From an uncultured Prevotella sp. (GTDB lineage Bacteria > Bacteroidota > Bacteroidia > Bacteroidales > Bacteroidaceae): 64,000 bases of DNA. The stretch spans positions 26,376-90,375 of the forward strand of contig URER01000003.1 of the NCBI GenBank assembly GCA_900547005.1, in the 5' to 3' direction. Below, in pieces: positions 42,062 through 52,269 of this stretch. Within the stretch, counting starts at the first letter, position 1, and the number at the start of each line of letters is the position of its first letter. Both the position numbers and the translations under genes were made by a program. The notes under the pieces are model-generated. The model saw nothing but the letters and a program-made list of their open reading frames with translations. It searched no databases and had not been told where the DNA came from.

Positions 42062-42343
42062 ATGGTTTTCAATAATACAACTGATGAGGGCAACATCGCT
42101 CCCGGTCAATACAGGACTCTTGGAGATATTCGTTTGCGTAAGGCGCATTTAGAAACGGAAATCGCAAAAGATAACGCAAAGATAAAAGGGTTATGGGATT
42201 CTTTGTTTCATAAGCCGGTGCCGCGTGTGAAGAAGGACAATCGTATGGCGCGGATGATGAAAACTGGGGTCGGTGTTGTTGACGGACTTCTCTTGGGGTG
42301 GAAACTCTACCGCAAGTTTGGTGGTAAAAAAACTTTCTTTTAA
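42062..42343 (+). CDS. Small hypothetical protein
   Basis: Co-oriented 93-aa ORF starting 3 nt after the previous stop; DGLLLGWKLYRKF. Confidence 0.65.
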   Translation: MVFNNTTDEGNIAPGQYRTLGDIRLRKAHLETEIAKDNAKIKGLWDSLFHKPVPRVKKDNRMARMMKTGVGVVDGLLLGWKLYRKFGGKKTFF

Positions 42344-42565
42344 TTTTCCCGACATTTTTGCCGCATAGGTTAATACTGGCTCTTTCTTGTTGATTATTTG
42401 CTATTGGCTTTCAGGCTGATGGCATATATTGCTGTGTGTCCTAAGAAAATGGAAGACAATAAGTATAGGATTCTTCACTTTTCTTTCTTCGTTCTTCATT
42501 TCTTTTGCCAAATGTAAAACAAAAAAGGCGGCCTCTCGCGAGAACCGCCCAAATGAAAGGAGGAG

Positions 42566-42638
42566 TGGTGCCACCAGGAATCGAACCGGGGACACAAGGA
42601 TTTTCAGTCCTTTGCTCTACCAACTGAGCTATGGCACC
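42566..42638 (-). tRNA. tRNA-Phe (GAA)
   Basis: Reverse complement reads ggtgccatagctcagttggtagagcaaaggactgaaaatcctt...ggcacca; -7 box TACCTTTG upstream. Confidence 0.96.
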
Positions 42639-42831
42639 TTAGTTGTCGCACCCTTTATCGTTTCATTTGCGGGTGCAAAGGTAGTACTTTTATTTTGTTC
42701 CTGCAACTAATAAAGTAAAAAAGTTAGAATTTTAACGTTTGTTTGGAGTTCTCCGGTGTATCTGTATAAATATGAGAGGGAATACCTGTATATAGATAAT
42801 TTTCTTCATTTTGTTTTGTCAAAATTTTTTT

Positions 42832-43368
42832 ATAAATTATCATTGAAAACTCGCCGTCTTTTCTTCAAACTTTCACTTGCTCGCAAAAACGCGAAAATAC
42901 GGCTTTTTAGGCTATTTTGAGTTAAAACATTGATAATCAGATGTTTATGTCTTTGTTGTCCAAAAATGTCCGTTTTTGGGCGTGTTTTTATTCCCCTGAA
43001 ATTGCAACGGAGGCACTTTTGCACTCCAACGGAGCCACTTTTGGGCTTCAATGGAGCCTCCGTTGCACTCCAAAACGGGCTGAAACGGACTCTAAAAGTG
43101 CCACTTTTGAAAGCAAACGAACGTTAAATCGGGCAAAAACGGCATTTTTCCCTGTTTTCAGCAACGCCAAATTTTGGCGAAAAACTGCTCTGATTTTTTC
43201 TAACGGAGGCCGTTTTGGAATTTTGAATTGCGAATTTTGAGTTTGGAGTTGGGATTTTTGAGCTCGAAAAATCATCGAAAATGAGTAACGAGACCTATAT
43301 TTAACTTTCGTTAGTGCAAGTGAATCGTTTTCTGAAAGAGGTGAATTTGGTAAATAAAATTTACAATT
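42832..43368 (-). repeat. Dispersed ~530-bp non-coding element, copy 3 (inverted)
   Basis: Reverse complement is colinear with copies 1 and 2. Confidence 0.92.
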
Positions 43369-43390
43369 TTGAGGTCGTGAGGTGGGAGGT

Positions 43391-43569
43391 AACCTGCATT
43401 ATTCATACTGTTCCGTAACGAAAGGGCCAAATGGCTGTGCATCAGCGTAAGCACAGCGATGACGATGCAGAATGTAGTAAATCCTACTTTCAAAGAGGAA
43501 GAGTGAGCATTGCGCTGAGGTGCAGCCAGTTAGTCCTTGCAGTAGGAACGAGTATGAATAATGAAGGTT
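43391..43569. mobile_element. ~180-bp fold-back MITE-like element
   Basis: Left arm aacctgcattattcatactgttcc...ggctgtgcatcagcgtaagc pairs with right arm gcattgcgctgaggtgcagcc...ggaacgagtatgaataatgaaggtt. Confidence 0.65.
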
Positions 43570-43592
43570 TGGTCATGTGGGGATATAAAAAA

Positions 43593-43622
43593 ATCTCCGT
43601 GAGGTTTGTTGCTCACGGAGAT
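43593..43622 (-). terminator. Terminator downstream of thiL
   Basis: atctccgtgag...ctcacggagat with an A run on the left (U run on minus). Confidence 0.75.
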
Positions 43623-43690
43623 CGTATAATATATAAAATCACGTTTTTTATGCGAAGTGATTTAATGCTTATTTAGCAAGGGCGTTCCGG

Positions 43691-44758
43691 TTATTTAGCA
43701 AGCGGATTCCAACCCTGTGCCTGTAACTCAAACTCGTTTCCGTCGCGGGAGATTAGGGCACAACCGAGTTCTTTCCGGGTGATGTGTCCTATCATTTTCA
43801 CATCGTCCATCGCCTCAATCTTGGAGTGGTCGCCGATTGGAACGGTGAACAGCAGTTCATAATCCTCGCCACCATTCAGTGCTGCAGTTGTGAGGTTCAT
43901 GTTGAATTCCTCGCAGGTTACGGCCGTCTGATAGTCTATCGGAATATTCTTCTCATAGATTCTGCAACCGCAGTTGCTCTGTTTGCAGATGTGCATGAGC
44001 TCGCTGCTCAGTCCGTCGGATATATCCATCATCGCCGTTGGCTTGATGTTCATCTCCTTTAGCTTACGGATGATGTCTCCGCGAGCCTCCGGTTTCAGTT
44101 GGCGTTCAAGCAAATACTCTCTGCCGGCAAAGTCGGGCTGAAAGTTGCGCAACTCCTCTAAAGCCCGTTTGTCGTTCTTCTTGCGTGCCTCCTCCACTTG
44201 CTGATAATACACCGATTTCTCCCTTTCTAAAAGTTGCAGACCCATATAGGCTGCGCCGAGGTCGCCACTGACGCATATAAGGTCGGTGTCTTTGGCTCCA
44301 TTCCTGTATATTATGTCCTCCTTGCGGGCCTCGCCGATGCACGTAATGCTGATTGCAAGACCTGTGTATGAAGAGGTCGTGTCGCCACCTACGATGTCTA
44401 CGTTCCACTTGTCGCACGCAAGTTGCAGTCCTTTGTAGAAATCTTCTAAGTTTTCCACATTGAATTTCTTGCTCAAAGCCAGGCTCACGACAAGTTGCCG
44501 CGGCGTGCCGTTCATGGCGAATATGTCGCTGATGTTCACCATTGCGGCCTTGTAGCCGAGGTGCTGCATATCAATGTAAGTCAAATCGAAGTGGATGCCC
44601 TCCATGAGCATATCCGTTGTAACGAGTACTTCGCTGTCTGGATATGTCAATACGGCGCAGTCATCGCCTACGCCGTATTGTGTTGATTTGTTCTTTATCT
44701 TTATATCGTCTGTCAGTCGATGGATAAGTCCGAACTCACCCAGTTTAGATATTTCCAT
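43691..44758 (-). CDS. thiL: Thiamine-monophosphate kinase
   Basis: GEFGLI, GDDCA, GGDT, DISDGL and GGEDYEL. Confidence 0.95.
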   Translation of the reverse strand: MEISKLGEFGLIHRLTDDIKIKNKSTQYGVGDDCAVLTYPDSEVLVTTDMLMEGIHFDLTYIDMQHLGYKAAMVNISDIFAMNGTPRQLVVSLALSKKFNVENLEDFYKGLQLACDKWNVDIVGGDTTSSYTGLAISITCIGEARKEDIIYRNGAKDTDLICVSGDLGAAYMGLQLLEREKSVYYQQVEEARKKNDKRALEELRNFQPDFAGREYLLERQLKPEARGDIIRKLKEMNIKPTAMMDISDGLSSELMHICKQSNCGCRIYEKNIPIDYQTAVTCEEFNMNLTTAALNGGEDYELLFTVPIGDHSKIEAMDDVKMIGHITRKELGCALISRDGNEFELQAQGWNPLAK

Positions 44759-44802
44759 TATTATAAGTTTTCTGTTTGCTGTTTTCAGTTTTGTGTTCCG
44801 GC

Positions 44803-45612
44803 TTATGACCTTCTTATCATCTCTCGCATGATTTCCGTCATCAGCGGTTGTGCCTTGTTTGCTGCCACCTGCACCTCTTCGTGCGATACCTCAACGGGTG
44901 TGTCTTCCAGTCCGAGGTCGGTGATTATGCTGATGCCGAAAGTCTTGATGCCGCAGTGGTGGGCCACGATGACTTCCGGAACGGTGCTCATGCCGACTGC
45001 GTCGCCGCCCATTCTGTGATACATCTTGTATTCTGCCGGAGTTTCAAACGTAGGGCCTTGCACTCCGAGATAGACACCGTGCATCACGCGTATGCCTTTT
45101 TCCTCGGCTATGCTGTCGGCCAGCGCCACGAGTTTCTTGTCGTATGTCTCGTGCATATCGGGGAAGCGCGGGCCGGTGGGGAAGTTCTTGCCACGCAGCG
45201 GATGCTCAGGGAAGAAGTTGATGTGGTCGGTGATAATCATGAGGTCGCCGATTTTGAATTCTGGATTCATTCCTCCTGAAGCGTTGCTTACGAAGAGAGT
45301 CTCAATTCCCAGCTCATACATTACTCTGATTGGGAATGTAACCTCTTTCATGCTGTAGCCTTCGTAGTAGTGAAAGCGGCCCTGCATAGCGAGAATATCC
45401 TTTCCGCCGAGTTTTCCGAATATCAGTTTGCCGGAGTGTCCTTCGACTGTTGACACCGGGAAGTTGGGAATGTCGGAGTATGCGAACTCGTAGGTATCAG
45501 TTATTTCTGAAGCTAATTGTCCTAATCCCGTTCCCAGAATTATTGCGGTTTTTGGGCTTGTGGTCATCCTTTCCTTTAGCCAGGATGCTGTTTCTTGAAT
45601 TTTTCCGTACAT
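44803..45612 (-). CDS. punA: Purine-nucleoside phosphorylase (PNP-I/xanthosine type)
   Basis: STVEGHSG, GRFHYYEG, GPTFETPAE and GMSTVPE. Confidence 0.93.
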   Translation of the reverse strand: MYGKIQETASWLKERMTTSPKTAIILGTGLGQLASEITDTYEFAYSDIPNFPVSTVEGHSGKLIFGKLGGKDILAMQGRFHYYEGYSMKEVTFPIRVMYELGIETLFVSNASGGMNPEFKIGDLMIITDHINFFPEHPLRGKNFPTGPRFPDMHETYDKKLVALADSIAEEKGIRVMHGVYLGVQGPTFETPAEYKMYHRMGGDAVGMSTVPEVIVAHHCGIKTFGISIITDLGLEDTPVEVSHEEVQVAANKAQPLMTEIMREMIRRS

Positions 45613-46669
45613 AGCTTATAATTTTTTCGTTAAACTTTTCTTCCATGTCGAGCATGAACTTTACCTTTATCGGCAGGGTGAAGATATTCTCTTTCACTTC
45701 CGCACTCAGGTCTTCGATATTGGTGAGCCTTGTCGCATCCTTCTCGGTAGTGATGATAATCTTTGGCTCCGGGATGGCGGCGAACGTCTCGTTGATGCGC
45801 TCTATGTCCTTGCGTTTGAAGTTATGATGGTCGGGGAACGTAAGAGGCAGGATGTCAGCGCACTTGTCTTCGAGGTCGATTATCATCTGTCTGGGCGATG
45901 CGATGCCGGTGAGCAGCATGACGTGCAACTCTTTTATGCTCTCAAGTTCTTTCTCCCGACTGTCGAATATTGCTTTCAGATTGCCGTATTCCAGTGTGGT
46001 GAAGAACAAATCCTGATAAGGATAGAGGTTCATCGCATTCTTTAGGACACGGTAGTTGATGGCTTTCAAATCCGGCGGACACTTGGTTATTATCACGATG
46101 TCGGCCCTTACCTTTTCCTTCTGAGGCTCACGCAGCCGTCCGGCAGGCAGCAGTCGGTCGTAGATTATCAGTCGGTGGTAGTCCACAAGCAGTATGTTGA
46201 TGCCAGGAGAGACGTATCTGTGCTGGAAAGCGTCGTCAAGCAGAATCACCTCCGTGTCCTTTGCAACCTCATCCTGAGTCAGTTGGTCTATGCCGTGGCA
46301 TCTGTCTTTGTCCACGGCAACATATATGTTAGGAAACTTCTGCTTCATCTGATAAGGCTCGTCACCAATCTGCGACATCGTCGTGTCGTCGGAAGCCAGC
46401 ACGAATCCTTTGCTTTTTCTTTTATATCCACGGCTCAGCACGGCAACCTTGCTTACCCTGTCTTGCAGTAGGTTTATGAGATATTCCACGTGGGGAGTCT
46501 TTCCCGAGCCCCCCACGGTGATGTTTCCTACCGATATTATCGGAATCTTGAAACTGCGACTTTTAAGCAGGCCGATGTTGAAGAGGTGGTTTCTTATTCC
46601 CACTCCCAGTCCATACAGCTTGCTTAGTGGCAGTAGCCATTTGTTTATCTTTATGAAGTCGCCTTCCAT
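45497..46669 (-). CDS. lpxK: Tetraacyldisaccharide 4'-kinase
   Basis: VGNITVGGSGKTP, SRGY, GDEP, DDAFQH and TTEKD. Confidence 0.95.
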   Translation of the reverse strand: MEGDFIKINKWLLPLSKLYGLGVGIRNHLFNIGLLKSRSFKIPIISVGNITVGGSGKTPHVEYLINLLQDRVSKVAVLSRGYKRKSKGFVLASDDTTMSQIGDEPYQMKQKFPNIYVAVDKDRCHGIDQLTQDEVAKDTEVILLDDAFQHRYVSPGINILLVDYHRLIIYDRLLPAGRLREPQKEKVRADIVIITKCPPDLKAINYRVLKNAMNLYPYQDLFFTTLEYGNLKAIFDSREKELESIKELHVMLLTGIASPRQMIIDLEDKCADILPLTFPDHHNFKRKDIERINETFAAIPEPKIIITTEKDATRLTNIEDLSAEVKENIFTLPIKVKFMLDMEEKFNEKIISYVRKNSRNSILAKGKDDHKPKNRNNSGNGIRTISFRNN

Positions 46670-46685
46670 TATGCCGTTTTCTTGT

Positions 46686-48458
46686 CTATCTTATGTTCAT
46701 GTAGAAAGGCATTCTTGCCTGTATCGCGTCCATGCTGCCGATGTTTTTCAGCAGAGAGAACGGCTCGTAGTATTCGCCCATAGCAACGCGCATCTTGTCG
46801 TCGAGATAGCTTGTGCCTGTAGCATCGTTGAGTAGAGACTCTGTCCAGTCGGCCGGTGCAGGGTATGCTGATGTATGCCATTCCTTGACTTTAGCCAGTT
46901 TTGCAGCTTTTGCCACTGCCTGATCGAGGCCTCCAAGCTCATCCACGAGCTTAATCTTTATAGCGTCTGCGCCCAACCATACGTGGCCTTGCGCGATTTT
47001 CTCAACTTGTTCGGTTGTCATCTTGCGGCCGTCTGCCACGCGCTGTCTGAACAATGTGTATCCACGGCCTACATACGCCTCCAAAAAACTCATCTCCTCT
47101 GCGGTCATCGGACGGGCCTGAGTGCCGAAAGTACTGTTCTTGTTCGTTTTCACCTCATCGAATTTCACTCCGAGTTTCTGTGTGAGCAGGCCGCTCATGT
47201 CGGGGAACATTCCGAAGATTCCGATACTGCCGGTGAGCGTTGACGGCTCAGCCACAATCCAGTTGGCCGGAGCACTGATGTAATAACCGCCCGAAGCAGC
47301 CATTCCGCCCATTGATACAACTACCGGTTTCTTCTTCTTCAGCTCCATCACATAGTGCCAAATCTGCTCTGATGCGTATGCGCTGCCGCCACCGGAGTTA
47401 ATGCGGAGCACTACGGCTTTAACGTCTTTGTCTTCCGTCAGTTTCTCTAAGTCGCGGCAAACCTTCTGTGCATCGATGGTGTGGCCTTGATTCAGGGGAT
47501 TGGAAACTACGCCATCCACGATGTCGCCGTATGCGTAGTACACTGCAATCTCTTCGCCTTCCTGTTTCGCGCCCTTCACGTTCTTCATGTCGGCAAGGGT
47601 GAGTACGTTTATGCTTTCGTCAGCTTCCAGGCCTAATTTCTTTTTAACCTCCTTCTTTACCTGATCGGTATAGAGCAGGCCGTCGATGAGTTTGAACTTT
47701 AAGTAGTCCTTTTGGTCGGAGAACATAATCATGTTGTCGGCGCAATCGTTAAGCGTTTTCACAGAAACTTTTCTGCTTTCAGCCACGTCTTTGGTTACGA
47801 TGTTCCATAAACCGTTCACGTATGCCGTTACCTGCTCGCGGTTGGCATCGCTCATCTTGTCCTCTGTAAACGTCTCGGTAGCACTTTTATATGCGCCTAC
47901 CTTAGCGATCTGCATCTTCACGCCGAACTTCTCCATTACGTCTTTCAGATACATCGGCTGCGCACCGATACCGTGCCAGTCAATCATTCCTTGCGGGTTC
48001 AGATATACTTTGTCGGCTACTGATGATACATAATATGCGCCCTGAGTGTAAGTGTCGGCGTATGCGATAATCCATTTCTTGCTTTTCTTGAAATCAGCCA
48101 GTGCTTTTCTCACCGCTTGCATCGATGCGTATGAGTCGGGGGTAAACGCTCCAGCCTCAATATATATACCCTTTATCTTGTCATTGTCTTTAGCTTTCTT
48201 TATCGCAGATATTGTCTGGTCGAGACCGATATTCTTGTCTGAGTTGCCCGTCAGTTGGTCCATGAATGACGTTTCTGCCCTTTCGGCCATGCTTCCCGAC
48301 AGGTTTATCACCAATACAGAGTTGTCTTTCAGGCTCTTGGTCTGCTCGCTTGACGCAATCATTCCTACGAGTGATATTATTCCGAAGAACATCATTACCA
48401 CCGAGAATAGCAGCATTCCCAGCATCGTAGCACCTACATACTTAAAGAAATCTTTCAT
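46686..48458 (-). CDS. sppA: Signal peptide peptidase SppA (67K type)
   Basis: INSGGGS, AASGGYY and GSIG. Confidence 0.95.
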   Translation of the reverse strand: MKDFFKYVGATMLGMLLFSVVMMFFGIISLVGMIASSEQTKSLKDNSVLVINLSGSMAERAETSFMDQLTGNSDKNIGLDQTISAIKKAKDNDKIKGIYIEAGAFTPDSYASMQAVRKALADFKKSKKWIIAYADTYTQGAYYVSSVADKVYLNPQGMIDWHGIGAQPMYLKDVMEKFGVKMQIAKVGAYKSATETFTEDKMSDANREQVTAYVNGLWNIVTKDVAESRKVSVKTLNDCADNMIMFSDQKDYLKFKLIDGLLYTDQVKKEVKKKLGLEADESINVLTLADMKNVKGAKQEGEEIAVYYAYGDIVDGVVSNPLNQGHTIDAQKVCRDLEKLTEDKDVKAVVLRINSGGGSAYASEQIWHYVMELKKKKPVVVSMGGMAASGGYYISAPANWIVAEPSTLTGSIGIFGMFPDMSGLLTQKLGVKFDEVKTNKNSTFGTQARPMTAEEMSFLEAYVGRGYTLFRQRVADGRKMTTEQVEKIAQGHVWLGADAIKIKLVDELGGLDQAVAKAAKLAKVKEWHTSAYPAPADWTESLLNDATGTSYLDDKMRVAMGEYYEPFSLLKNIGSMDAIQARMPFYMNIR

Positions 48459-48712
48459 TGTCTAAAATTAATTACGTTTTTTATATGATATATGTATAGT
48501 TTTCTGCAAATATAGTAAGGATAAGTGGAATATGCAATATATTAAGCCTCAATAATTTGAAATATCTTTATCTTTTTGGGAAGAAATAACACAGAAATGT
48601 GATAATGACGGCAATAAAAGATGAAAATGGTTCGTATAGAAAGCATAAATCCCGGCCATCTTGCGATAACCGGGACTATGTTGTTTGTTTGGAATAAGTT
48701 GTTTCTTGTGGG

Positions 48713-48970
48713 TTAAGCTTCTGGTATTACGTTAACCACGCTCTTGTCGCGACGTCCCTTGTGGAACTCTACTGTTCCGTCAACGAGTGCGTAAAGAGTG
48801 TCGTCCTTACCAATACCGACGTTCTTACCTGGGTTGTGCTTTGTACCGCGCTGGCGAACGATGATGTTGCCTGCGATTACTTTCTGTCCACCCCAAATCT
48901 TAACACCTAATCTCTGTGAAGCTGACTCGCGTCCGTTCTTAGAACTACCAACACCTTTCTTATGTGCCAT
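48713..48970 (-). CDS. rpmA: 50S ribosomal protein L27
   Basis: [16 protein letters not shown]. Confidence 0.98.
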   Translation of the reverse strand: MAHKKGVGSSKNGRESASQRLGVKIWGGQKVIAGNIIVRQRGTKHNPGKNVGIGKDDTLYALVDGTVEFHKGRRDKSVVNVIPEA

Positions 48971-48987
48971 TTCTCGTCCTCCTTAGT

Positions 48988-49305
48988 TTAAGCGATTATT
49001 GATTTAATTTCAAGCTGAGTAAACTGTGAACGGTGGCCGTTCTTCTTGCGGTAGTCCTTGCGGCGTTTCATCTTGAACACGATTACTTTGTCGCCCTTTA
49101 CCAATGGATTTACCACCTCAGCAACTACTTTCGCACCCTCTACGTTAGGTGCTCCTACTGTTACGGTGCCGTCATTGTCTACGAGAAGCACCTTGTCAAA
49201 CTCAACAGTGTTTCCGGCTTCAGCATCATTGATGTGATTAACGAACAGTTTCTTTCCCTGTTCTACCTTAAACTGTTGACCGTTAATTTCTACAATTGCG
49301 TACAT
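48988..49305 (-). CDS. rplU: 50S ribosomal protein L21
   Basis: [14 protein letters not shown]...KKNGHR. Confidence 0.98.
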   Translation of the reverse strand: MYAIVEINGQQFKVEQGKKLFVNHINDAEAGNTVEFDKVLLVDNDGTVTVGAPNVEGAKVVAEVVNPLVKGDKVIVFKMKRRKDYRKKNGHRSQFTQLEIKSIIA

Positions 49306-49482
49306 TTTATATATTGTAAAACGGTTTCTCCGCCAGGCGTCTGACCTTGTGTCAGCCCTTATTTGAGCCTGAACGGACTAAATCGGCTGCAAAATTACTA
49401 AAAAACACTGAAATGATAATAAAGTATGATGTGGCTTTCTTTAATTCTTAATATAGTTTAACTATTGCAAAATCGCTATGAA

Positions 49483-50856
49483 TCAGGCTGTTTCCATATC
49501 TTCTTCGGGCATTTCACGGTCGAGATGTCCGCGCCAGAGGTACTTGCGGGTCTCGTGGACAATGATGCCGTTAAGCAATAACAATGACAAGAGGTTTGGA
49601 ATAGCCATAAGGGCATTCATGCAGTCGGCAAGATTCCACACGATAGAAAGATTGGCTATGCTGCCGAAGAACACGGCGATAATGTAAATAAGACGATAGG
49701 CGTAGGTCCATTTCTTACCTTTCAGATATTCCACGGCGCGTTCGCCATAGTAGCTCCAGCCCAAAATCGTGCTGAACGCAAACGTGAGAAGACCGAAAGA
49801 AAGTAGCGGACTGCCTATATACGGTATCTTTGAGAATGCCGCGTGAGTCAGTTGCGCGCCATCTTTGTAGTCGATATCGGGATAAGTGATGATGCTGCTG
49901 ACTATCACAAGTCCGGTGAGTGCGCATATCACGACCGTGTCCCAAAATGTTCCGCTACTCGAGACAAGTGCCTGACGCACGGGGTTGCGTGTCTGAGCCG
50001 CAGCTGCCACAATCGGAGCGCTACCCAATCCCGACTCGTTCGAGAACAATCCGCGGGCTATTCCGTATCGGGCCGCCATTATCACGGTTGTACCCACAAA
50101 GCCGCCGCCCGCCGCTTGTGGCGAAAACGCACTTTCAAAGATAAGGCTGAGTGCCGGAAGAAGCGCGGAGTGGTTTATACATAATATATATATACAGCCC
50201 ACAACATAGAACAAAGCCATGAACGGCACAAGCATTCCGCAGACGCGTGCGATACTTTTCACGCCCCCGAGTATTACCGCTGCGGTGAGCAGGCATATTA
50301 CAAGTCCTGAAATATATGGAGAAATGCTATATGATTCGTGGGCTATCGTGGCGATTGCGTTAGCCTGCACGGTATTGCCTATGCCGAAAGAAGCTATCGC
50401 CGTGAATATGGCGAAGAGCACGGCCAGCCACTTCAATCCGAGTCCGCGCTCAAGAGCGTACATCGGGCCGCCAAGTATCTTGCCACCGGGAGTTTTCTTT
50501 CTGTATTTTATCGCAAGCAATCCTTCGCCGTATTTCGTTGCAATGCCGAACACGCCGGTAAGCCAACACCATAGCACTGCACCCGGTCCGCCAAGAGCAA
50601 CCGCCGTAGCCACGCCGATGATGTTACCCGTTCCGATTGTTGCCGCGAGGGCTGTGGCAAGCGCACCGAACTGCGACACGTCGCCGACGGAATCCTTGTC
50701 CTTTTTCACGGAGAGTTTCACAGCCTTGAATATCCACCTTTGTGGGAAACGCAAGCGTATGGTTAGGAAAATATGGGTGCCTAACAGCATTATAATCATA
50801 GGCCATCCCCAAAGGAACGAACTTATTCCGGTTATGATATTGTTAAGAGTATCCAT
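49483..50856 (-). CDS. Alanine/glycine:cation symporter (AGCS family)
   Basis: GTGNIIGVATA, GGPGA and RGLFSNESGLGS. Confidence 0.93.
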   Translation of the reverse strand: MDTLNNIITGISSFLWGWPMIIMLLGTHIFLTIRLRFPQRWIFKAVKLSVKKDKDSVGDVSQFGALATALAATIGTGNIIGVATAVALGGPGAVLWCWLTGVFGIATKYGEGLLAIKYRKKTPGGKILGGPMYALERGLGLKWLAVLFAIFTAIASFGIGNTVQANAIATIAHESYSISPYISGLVICLLTAAVILGGVKSIARVCGMLVPFMALFYVVGCIYILCINHSALLPALSLIFESAFSPQAAGGGFVGTTVIMAARYGIARGLFSNESGLGSAPIVAAAAQTRNPVRQALVSSSGTFWDTVVICALTGLVIVSSIITYPDIDYKDGAQLTHAAFSKIPYIGSPLLSFGLLTFAFSTILGWSYYGERAVEYLKGKKWTYAYRLIYIIAVFFGSIANLSIVWNLADCMNALMAIPNLLSLLLLNGIIVHETRKYLWRGHLDREMPEEDMETA

Positions 50857-50866
50857 TATGCAATCG

Positions 50867-51493
50867 TTATTTCTTTTCTATATTTATTATGGTGTTGTTG
50901 AATCCTAAAGCCTTCATGAACTGCGCAAACTGCACTTTGGCATTCTTTTCGGCAATAGCAATGTTCTCGGGAGTGAAGCAACGGGCGAGCATCTTGCTGT
51001 AAGCCTTGCGGTAAAGAGCCTCGCGTGCGTCCGGTTTCCATGTTCCCGACTCGAAGAAAGAGCGTGTCTGCGCCTCGTCAATGAAGTTACGGTCGAGAAG
51101 TTCTATTGGCGGAAGGGTTACATTCACGACACTGTCGGTAACGGTTATCCACTTCTCGTTAATCTTGCCCATGTCGATGCCGAGGCGGAGTGTTCCGTAA
51201 TAAATGCGTACCAGCTCCTTGTCGCGGAAGAAACCGCGGTCAATGGTGTCCACAAGTTCCTCGTCGGCTATCAAAAGAAACTCCCACTGGCCTATATCTT
51301 TTATCGATTGAATCTGTGCCGGTGTGATGTCGATGCGCCGGTCGGCCTCTATACTGATGCTGTTGTCCTTGTTGAGATACCATATCGCGCCAACAAACAA
51401 TGCAGCCAATATGACAACGCTGCACGTCATGGCCACCGTCATGGTAGTCTGTGTGCGCAAGTATCCGAGAATGTGGTTAGTTATCTTTCCCAT
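50867..51493 (-). CDS. DUF4230-like membrane-anchored protein
   Basis: N-terminal TM; GTLRLGIDM and VTLPP. Confidence 0.7.
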   Translation of the reverse strand: MGKITNHILGYLRTQTTMTVAMTCSVVILAALFVGAIWYLNKDNSISIEADRRIDITPAQIQSIKDIGQWEFLLIADEELVDTIDRGFFRDKELVRIYYGTLRLGIDMGKINEKWITVTDSVVNVTLPPIELLDRNFIDEAQTRSFFESGTWKPDAREALYRKAYSKMLARCFTPENIAIAEKNAKVQFAQFMKALGFNNTIINIEKK

Positions 51494-52157
51494 ATTGCTC
51501 TATTTTATTATTGAACAGCGCCTCCAAATCCTTGTCGGTAAAACTCTTGCGGAACGTAACGGTGATATTGTCCTCGCTATATCCTGTGGCTTTGATAATC
51601 GGTATTATGGTACGCGCCGCGCTCGCACGCGCGTTCTCTATTATACCCATCTTCGGAATAGAACCGATTATCGACTGTCTGCCTTGCCTCGTGTAGTCAG
51701 CCAGTTCCTCATCGGAGAAGTTGCTGCGCGTGAGAGCCACGTATTGCCTCGTCTCCTCGTTGGCAACTTTCGTCGATGTCAAGGCAAATTGCGGGTCGGG
51801 AAGCGTTATTGTTATCTTTTTGCCCGAGCGTTTAATGTTCTTTTCGCTTATGTCGCCCATATCCACGTAAGCCTTCAGCGTGGCTGTCATGGGTATGGCT
51901 ATACGGCGGTCGCCCATCGGCAGATTTATGTCGAAGTCCTGTTTCAGCAACGAGCCTTTCAGCCTCATCTTGTCGCTGTGTGTTATGATTTTATGAATGC
52001 GATACTCCGAAGTGTATAATCTCGAACACTTCTGCAACTGCGTTACCATCATCGGGATGGTGTCTGTCTGTGTTGCCGTTTCCGTTTTTTTATTGTCTTT
52101 TGAACAAGAAACAAACGCTATTAGCAACAATAAGATATATAATAGTCCTTTTCTCAT
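51477..52157 (-). CDS. DUF4230-like lipoprotein
   Basis: Lipobox FVSC; LKAYVDM and ITLPDP; tandem with the previous gene. Confidence 0.72.
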   Translation of the reverse strand: MRKGLLYILLLLIAFVSCSKDNKKTETATQTDTIPMMVTQLQKCSRLYTSEYRIHKIITHSDKMRLKGSLLKQDFDINLPMGDRRIAIPMTATLKAYVDMGDISEKNIKRSGKKITITLPDPQFALTSTKVANEETRQYVALTRSNFSDEELADYTRQGRQSIIGSIPKMGIIENARASAARTIIPIIKATGYSEDNITVTFRKSFTDKDLEALFNNKIEQYGKDN

Positions 52158-52269
52158 TCTTTTTGTATGATTGAGTAGAAACGATGCAAAGGTAAACAAA
52201 ATATTTCTAAATTATTAGTTTAATCCGGATATTTAGCGTACCTTTGTAAATATTAAGTACACTACAACT

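Noticed and set aside
42470..42505. ttcttca-type heptamer run downstream of tRNA-Phe
   Set aside because: Short, degenerate and one-sided; not enough to call an element.
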